Shown: positions 59,293-64,000 of the stretch, piece by piece | Position numbering within the stretch: position 1 is the stretch's first letter | How the letters are laid out: the number at the start of each line of letters is the position of its first letter | NCBI GenBank assembly: GCA_005223125.1 | Contig: NJBH01000003.1 | Coordinates: 128,001-192,000 of the forward strand | Direction: 5' to 3' | DNA from: Promethearchaeota archaeon Loki_b32 | GTDB lineage: Archaea; Asgardarchaeota; Lokiarchaeia; Sigyniarchaeales; SOKP01 | Length of the DNA: 64,000 nucleotides | Program-made: the position numbers and the translations under genes | Notes under the pieces: generated by a model | The model's database searches: none | The model's input: the letters and a program-made list of their open reading frames with translations, nothing else | What the model was told of the DNA's origin: nothing

Positions 59293-59709
59293 TTATTCAT
59301 TATAGATTGTTAAAAATTTGAACATTTTTAATAAGATGAGCAATTTTCTTATCCCACGCATTTTTACTTTACCAGTTAACCATTTTTTCGCAACTCCAAG
59401 TAGTGAAAGCCGATTCATAGCAATAGCGAGAAAAGTTTGGGTATCCATCTCTAAAAAAGCATTCCACCCTATCTTTCGCTTTTTTAAATTTTCTTTTGGT
59501 TTATTAAGTATACTCTCAACTCTCACAAATCCATGATCAATAACAATTAGAGCCGCATATTTTAAGTTCGAAGCATTTAAGAGAATTCTAGAACTAACAT
59601 TTTGAAATTTGTCTTGAAACCTTTTATTTTCATTTAGGGGTGTGAGGATACTATTGATAAGAACTGCAAAACCTCTTATCTCATTATTTTCTTGGTTTGA
59701 CTCTACCAT
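59293..59709 (-). CDS. SCP2 sterol-carrier-like protein
   Basis: LEMDTQTFLAIA..RLS......LTGKVKMRG. Confidence 0.7.
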   Translation of the reverse strand: MVESNQENNEIRGFAVLINSILTPLNENKRFQDKFQNVSSRILLNASNLKYAALIVIDHGFVRVESILNKPKENLKKRKIGWNAFLEMDTQTFLAIAMNRLSLLGVAKKWLTGKVKMRGIRKLLILLKMFKFLTIYNE

Positions 59710-59733
59710 GATATTAGTCTTGAATTTGTTTTT

Positions 59734-61302
59734 TTATTTGTTTTGTGGTGTAATGTAAAATCCGGAATCAGATATATTATTTGGGTCAAATATTTCTTTA
59801 ATTTTTCTTAACCATATATGATAGTTAGACATATGAGGTCCAAATAGCTCATGCATGCGGGTACCTTCCACGAAGAATGGAGCACCAAGATGTTTAAGTA
59901 AATCTAATTGATTACTTTTTTCCATGTACTCGGCCATTCCACTTACACTTTGTTCCGTTGTTTGATCAAACATAGTTGGCGATTCCATATGAAAATAATG
60001 ACCTGATTCATATGATGTCATCCATGTTCCTTCTCCAAAATCGTTCACAATTACACCTTGCTTAATAAATCCCTTCTTTAGAGGGATATTCGATTTAGTA
60101 CTTCGAAGACATACATTCGCTGTGTCTGCGACTCCTTTAGTAGACTGAAAACCTCCAGTAGCTATAAATCCATGTAATCCCAAATTCGAGCGGAGAGCTT
60201 CAGCATAAAATGTGGGATTAGGAGTATATATTTTTCCGATAATATTTTTTATTTTAAATTTCTTAAGTAAAAAATCCATTACCTTCTGTTTATAATAAAA
60301 TTCTCGTTGCGTACGAGCAGCAATAATTACAACTAATGGAGCTTTCATCTGCCCTATTGCTATTTTATCCATCAAACTTTCAATTGAATTTGAAAAAATA
60401 GCCATCACTGCAAAACCAGATAAATAACTACACATAAATGATATTTCTTGCTCTTCCACCCTCAACATAACAGTTTCGAGTTTCTTGAAATTTCCACAAT
60501 CCATAACATATAACTTCATAAACTCTGGGATTTCAAAATCGTAGTTAGGAGAATATCCTTTGACACTATATTCTGTACTACAAGGATATGGAAATAATTT
60601 TACAGCTACTTTGGTAAAAACACCAAGCCCTGATTTTGTGCCAGCCCAACCTCTCATAATGCCTCGTAAACTAGGTCCTGGACCATCTCCATGAAAAAAG
60701 TCAGGATTATTTTTTAATCCATAAGCCCCTAATTTCATAATTTCTCCATCTGGTAATACCCATTCTACAGCTAAAACATTTCTTGCACTATGTCCTGTAG
60801 AAGGAGATGTAAAACCCGGACCATTCATAGATGTAGCACTCGCAAGAGGAGAAACTTGGGGACCTGCTCCTGGCATGTGACAATTAAGCCCATATTTCAT
60901 TATTTCAACTTGTAACTGTGATCCACTTACATAGGGTTCAATAACAGCATAAAGGTTTTTCTCATCAATTTTCACTATTTTATTCATTCGGCGAAGATCT
61001 ATAATAATAGAATTATCCGTTGAAGGTTGATTCCAAGGGCCAAGTCCCGTGCTTTGAGCTTTAAATACAATCCTATATTTATTACATAATTTAACTATTT
61101 GCTGGACTTCTACTGTAGAAGATGGCAAGACAACTGCTTTAGGAATAGGAGAAAATGGAATTGGTTCTTTTCCTTCCATATAATTAAAAATTTCCATACA
61201 CCAATTATAAGCATAAACATTAGTAATTACCTCACCGTCATCAATATTCCCTATACCAACAATATCCTCAAATTCTTTAAAAATATCTTTTTCAAGAACC
61301 AA
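59734..61302 (-). CDS. FAD-linked oxidoreductase (VAO/GlcD-like)
   Basis: AVVLP.ST.EVQ.IV, IDLRRMNKI, EWVLPDGE, LGVFTK, K..FDPNN. Confidence 0.88.
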   Translation of the reverse strand: MVLEKDIFKEFEDIVGIGNIDDGEVITNVYAYNWCMEIFNYMEGKEPIPFSPIPKAVVLPSSTVEVQQIVKLCNKYRIVFKAQSTGLGPWNQPSTDNSIIIDLRRMNKIVKIDEKNLYAVIEPYVSGSQLQVEIMKYGLNCHMPGAGPQVSPLASATSMNGPGFTSPSTGHSARNVLAVEWVLPDGEIMKLGAYGLKNNPDFFHGDGPGPSLRGIMRGWAGTKSGLGVFTKVAVKLFPYPCSTEYSVKGYSPNYDFEIPEFMKLYVMDCGNFKKLETVMLRVEEQEISFMCSYLSGFAVMAIFSNSIESLMDKIAIGQMKAPLVVIIAARTQREFYYKQKVMDFLLKKFKIKNIIGKIYTPNPTFYAEALRSNLGLHGFIATGGFQSTKGVADTANVCLRSTKSNIPLKKGFIKQGVIVNDFGEGTWMTSYESGHYFHMESPTMFDQTTEQSVSGMAEYMEKSNQLDLLKHLGAPFFVEGTRMHELFGPHMSNYHIWLRKIKEIFDPNNISDSGFYITPQNK

Positions 61303-61303
61303 C

Positions 61304-62608
61304 TTAAGCTACCTCCGTCGATGATTCTTTGATTGATTTATTTGGTGAACCTATTGCCATTAAAAGTAACTCACTTATATCATAGAACGTTAGATTAGAA
61401 CCTTTTTCAATGATTCCATCATTTAAATTAGTGTAACAAAAAGGACATGCGGATGTGATTATTTCTGCTCCAGTATCTTCAGCTTCTTCTATCCGAGTTT
61501 TAGCAGTTTTAAGAGCAAACTCTGGAAATGCTGATTTTACACCTCCTCCAGCACCACAACAATAGGAATATTCTTTTATTCTTTCCATTTCAATAAAATT
61601 AATCCCTGGTATTTTTTTTAAGATATCTCTTGGAGATTCATAAATGCCATATGTTCCACATCTCTTAGGTTTTTCAGGCATATTAAGAGATACAAGAGGC
61701 ATCATCTGTAATGCTTCACCATCCCATTCTTCATATGGTTCAGAATTACGCCCTAAATGACAAGGATCATGGTATGTTACTGTTTGAAGGACTTGATTAT
61801 TCAATTTCAATTTAGAATTGTCGATAAATTCATTAAATAATTCTGTTGTATGAAGTGTTTTAAAGTTATATTCTCGTTCTAATGGATAATCAACCTTAAA
61901 GGTGTCATAACATCCTGCACAACTAAAAACAACAGTATCTATATTTTCTTTTTCAATAATATCAAGATTCTTATTTACTTGGTCAATAAATGATTTTTTA
62001 TCTCCAGTCCTTAAAATTGGACTTCCGCAGCAATATTCATATTCACTTAGGATTTTAAATGGATAACTTGCAGCATTCATTATGCGAGCGGTGGCAAGTA
62101 CTATTTCTTTTCTTCGGTAAGAGGATGTACATCCTACAAAATATAAGACCTTTGCATCTGGATCAATTTTAATATCATTAGATAACCAGTCTAATCTGTT
62201 TTCATGAAGTTCATTATAAGGATTATTATTGCTTTTAATTGATTCAATATATTGCTGTTGTTTTGGCATTGGCCCATATCCTAAGGAAACTAATTTTTCT
62301 CTGAGTTTAACTATGATTTCAAGGGGTTCTAGCGTATTTAAAAATTTACAAGCAACAGCACATCCTCCACATTCAGTACATTTATATACAATATCCAATA
62401 ATTCTTGAGACGGTTTCAATCTTCCCATTTCTAATGCTAAAGCTATGATTATACGACCTCCTCCACTATATGCATGAAAATTAAACATATCTATTGATGG
62501 ACAAATTGTAGCATACTTTTGACTTTTTATTTGCAGTTGTGGAATCCACTTGCATATTGAGCAACGGAGACAACGTTTTATCATTTGATTATACTCTTTC
62601 TCATTCAA
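61304..62608 (-). CDS. Fe-S oxidoreductase (GlpC/HdrD-like, CCG domains)
   Basis: CLRCSIC, CTECGGCAVAC, YFVGC, CCG twice, YHDPCHLGR, SACPFC. Confidence 0.9.
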   Translation of the reverse strand: MNEKEYNQMIKRCLRCSICKWIPQLQIKSQKYATICPSIDMFNFHAYSGGGRIIIALALEMGRLKPSQELLDIVYKCTECGGCAVACKFLNTLEPLEIIVKLREKLVSLGYGPMPKQQQYIESIKSNNNPYNELHENRLDWLSNDIKIDPDAKVLYFVGCTSSYRRKEIVLATARIMNAASYPFKILSEYEYCCGSPILRTGDKKSFIDQVNKNLDIIEKENIDTVVFSCAGCYDTFKVDYPLEREYNFKTLHTTELFNEFIDNSKLKLNNQVLQTVTYHDPCHLGRNSEPYEEWDGEALQMMPLVSLNMPEKPKRCGTYGIYESPRDILKKIPGINFIEMERIKEYSYCCGAGGGVKSAFPEFALKTAKTRIEEAEDTGAEIITSACPFCYTNLNDGIIEKGSNLTFYDISELLLMAIGSPNKSIKESSTEVA

Positions 62609-62778
62609 TAATGTAAAAACTCCCCATTTTATTTATGGTAACTAATTTAAAACAAATTTTAGCAATGAAATAAATTAATTTTTAATCTAATAAAACAATA
62701 ACTATTACGAATTTCAATATTGTACTTTAAATTTTAAACATTTTTTTAGAAAGAGCTAATAAAATAAGTAGGATAAAT

Positions 62779-63666
62779 TCATACAATTTGGGATAACTCT
62801 TCCCAATATTCTTTTATACTCCACTCTCTATTTGCTTTTATATTAAAAGCTATTTTTGCTAGGATTTCTCTAATCCTTTTAGAATTTAGATAATGAAAAT
62901 TGGGTGTTATAGCACATACCATAAATGTTCCTTTACCACTTTCGGGAGCTATTATCGAACTATCTTCCATTTTATCTATCAAAGCATATGCGTCTATGAG
63001 ATCTTTTACAATCCTCATAATAAACTGGTTTTTCTCTAGAACTTGTTCAAATTCATAAATTTTTATCAGAGTAGAGTATAAATGAGTCGTTAGGTCTTTA
63101 AGATTGAGGGAAGGAATTAAGTTTTTTGGGAAATAATCCAAGATTACAGGTCCTTTATCATCCTCCCAACTCATATTAAAAATATAGTAAAAATCCGCTT
63201 TACTAAATGTTTCGAGAGATGGTTCTTCGAATTTTAATATGTCCTTAAGCTTTTTCTCAAGTATTTTGGAATTTTTTTTAATTTCTCTACTTTCTTTTAT
63301 TTTGATTTTGATTTTTTCTAATAAATCTTTTGGGCTAAATGGTTTTGTTATGTAATCATCTGCTCCAAGCATTTTACCAAATCTAACATCATCTGGTTCT
63401 GTTTTACCAGATAGAAAGAAAAATGGAATTCTTGACAACTCAGTTTTTTCTGAAACCTTCATATAGAATTCATATCCATCCATTTCGGGCATTAAAATAT
63501 CACTTATTATAATATCAGGGGGATATTCAAGTTTCGAAAGAACTTCTAATCCTTGTTTACCATTTAAAGCAGTGGCTAAATCGTAGTCATTCATTTCAAA
63601 GAATATTTTAAAATTCTTTATTAGAATTTCATCATCTTCAACTAAAAATACGAGAGGTTTCATCAT
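62779..63666 (-). CDS. Response regulator with C-terminal longin/uDENN-like domain
   Basis: VEDD, ISDILMPEMDG, GADDYITKPF. C-domain begins F.MSWEDDKGP.ILDYFP. Confidence 0.8.
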   Translation of the reverse strand: MMKPLVFLVEDDEILIKNFKIFFEMNDYDLATALNGKQGLEVLSKLEYPPDIIISDILMPEMDGYEFYMKVSEKTELSRIPFFFLSGKTEPDDVRFGKMLGADDYITKPFSPKDLLEKIKIKIKESREIKKNSKILEKKLKDILKFEEPSLETFSKADFYYIFNMSWEDDKGPVILDYFPKNLIPSLNLKDLTTHLYSTLIKIYEFEQVLEKNQFIMRIVKDLIDAYALIDKMEDSSIIAPESGKGTFMVCAITPNFHYLNSKRIREILAKIAFNIKANREWSIKEYWEELSQIV

Positions 63667-63832
63667 TCCTAAGTCTTTTTCTTAATATTGAAATTATTGA
63701 TTCTCACTTATAATAAAAAATTAAATATTTAATATTTATGAAAATAAAAATAAGTCTAAATTCGTTTCCAAATATTATAAGAAAAAAATATTCAAATTTT
63801 GCTATAAAATATATTAAGGAAATTTATTTAGG

Positions 63833-64000
63833 CTAATCATCAAAACATAAAACTCCAGGATTTAAGACATTATTTGGGTCAAAAATTCTTTTCACCTTTT
63901 TTAAGGCTCTATAAGTGGAGTCTTCATGTCTTTCATAAACCTCTTTCGCCCATAGACCATAAGGTCTATTAAAAAAAGCACCAGAATTCATTAGATCAAT
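63833..64000 (-). CDS. C-terminus of another FAD-linked oxidoreductase (partial)
   Basis: GAFFNRPYGLWA...LKKVKRIFDPNNVLNPG...*. Confidence 0.8.
   Translation of the reverse strand: MDLMNSGAFFNRPYGLWAKEVYERHEDSTYRALKKVKRIFDPNNVLNPGVLCFDD

Noticed and set aside
506-61332. Numerous 60-130 aa antisense or overlapping ORFs in the track (e.g. 11084-11458, 44981-45373, 56561-56896)
   Set aside because: Shadows of well-supported genes on the opposite strand, with no motifs of their own.

Overview
AT-rich archaeal chromosomal DNA, most consistent with a Lokiarchaeia (Asgard) genome. The evidence is a profilin, a Rab-like GTPase, longin/uDENN-like domains, a proteasome alpha subunit, archaeal RFC and PolB2, and many beta-oxidation paralogues. 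No rRNA, tRNA, CRISPR array or transposase was seen. The window holds a giant polytopic membrane protein (5' partial), a liv-type ABC operon with HEAT-repeat and acyl-CoA ligase genes, and fatty-acid catabolic genes. It also holds a split PolB2/small protein/RadA-like module, a Rab-psmA-wHTH-giant helical repeat cluster, a three-gene RFC operon, and an Fe-S oxidoreductase/FAD oxidase/SCP2/lipocalin-like operon. Top finding: a zinc-finger gene at 46922-47235 is interrupted by a 29-nt stop-containing insert. The insert folds into a near-canonical bulge-helix-bulge whose predicted cut sites restore the frame exactly, making it a candidate tRNA-endonuclease-type mRNA intron. Second: a 941-bp cassette bounded by perfect 29-bp direct repeats has replaced the middle of a 4Fe-4S protein gene, and several other cargo genes sit between diverged gene stubs. 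ATT start codons and several small ORFs missed by the ORF track are also reported. All family assignments come from motif recognition by eye, not database searches.
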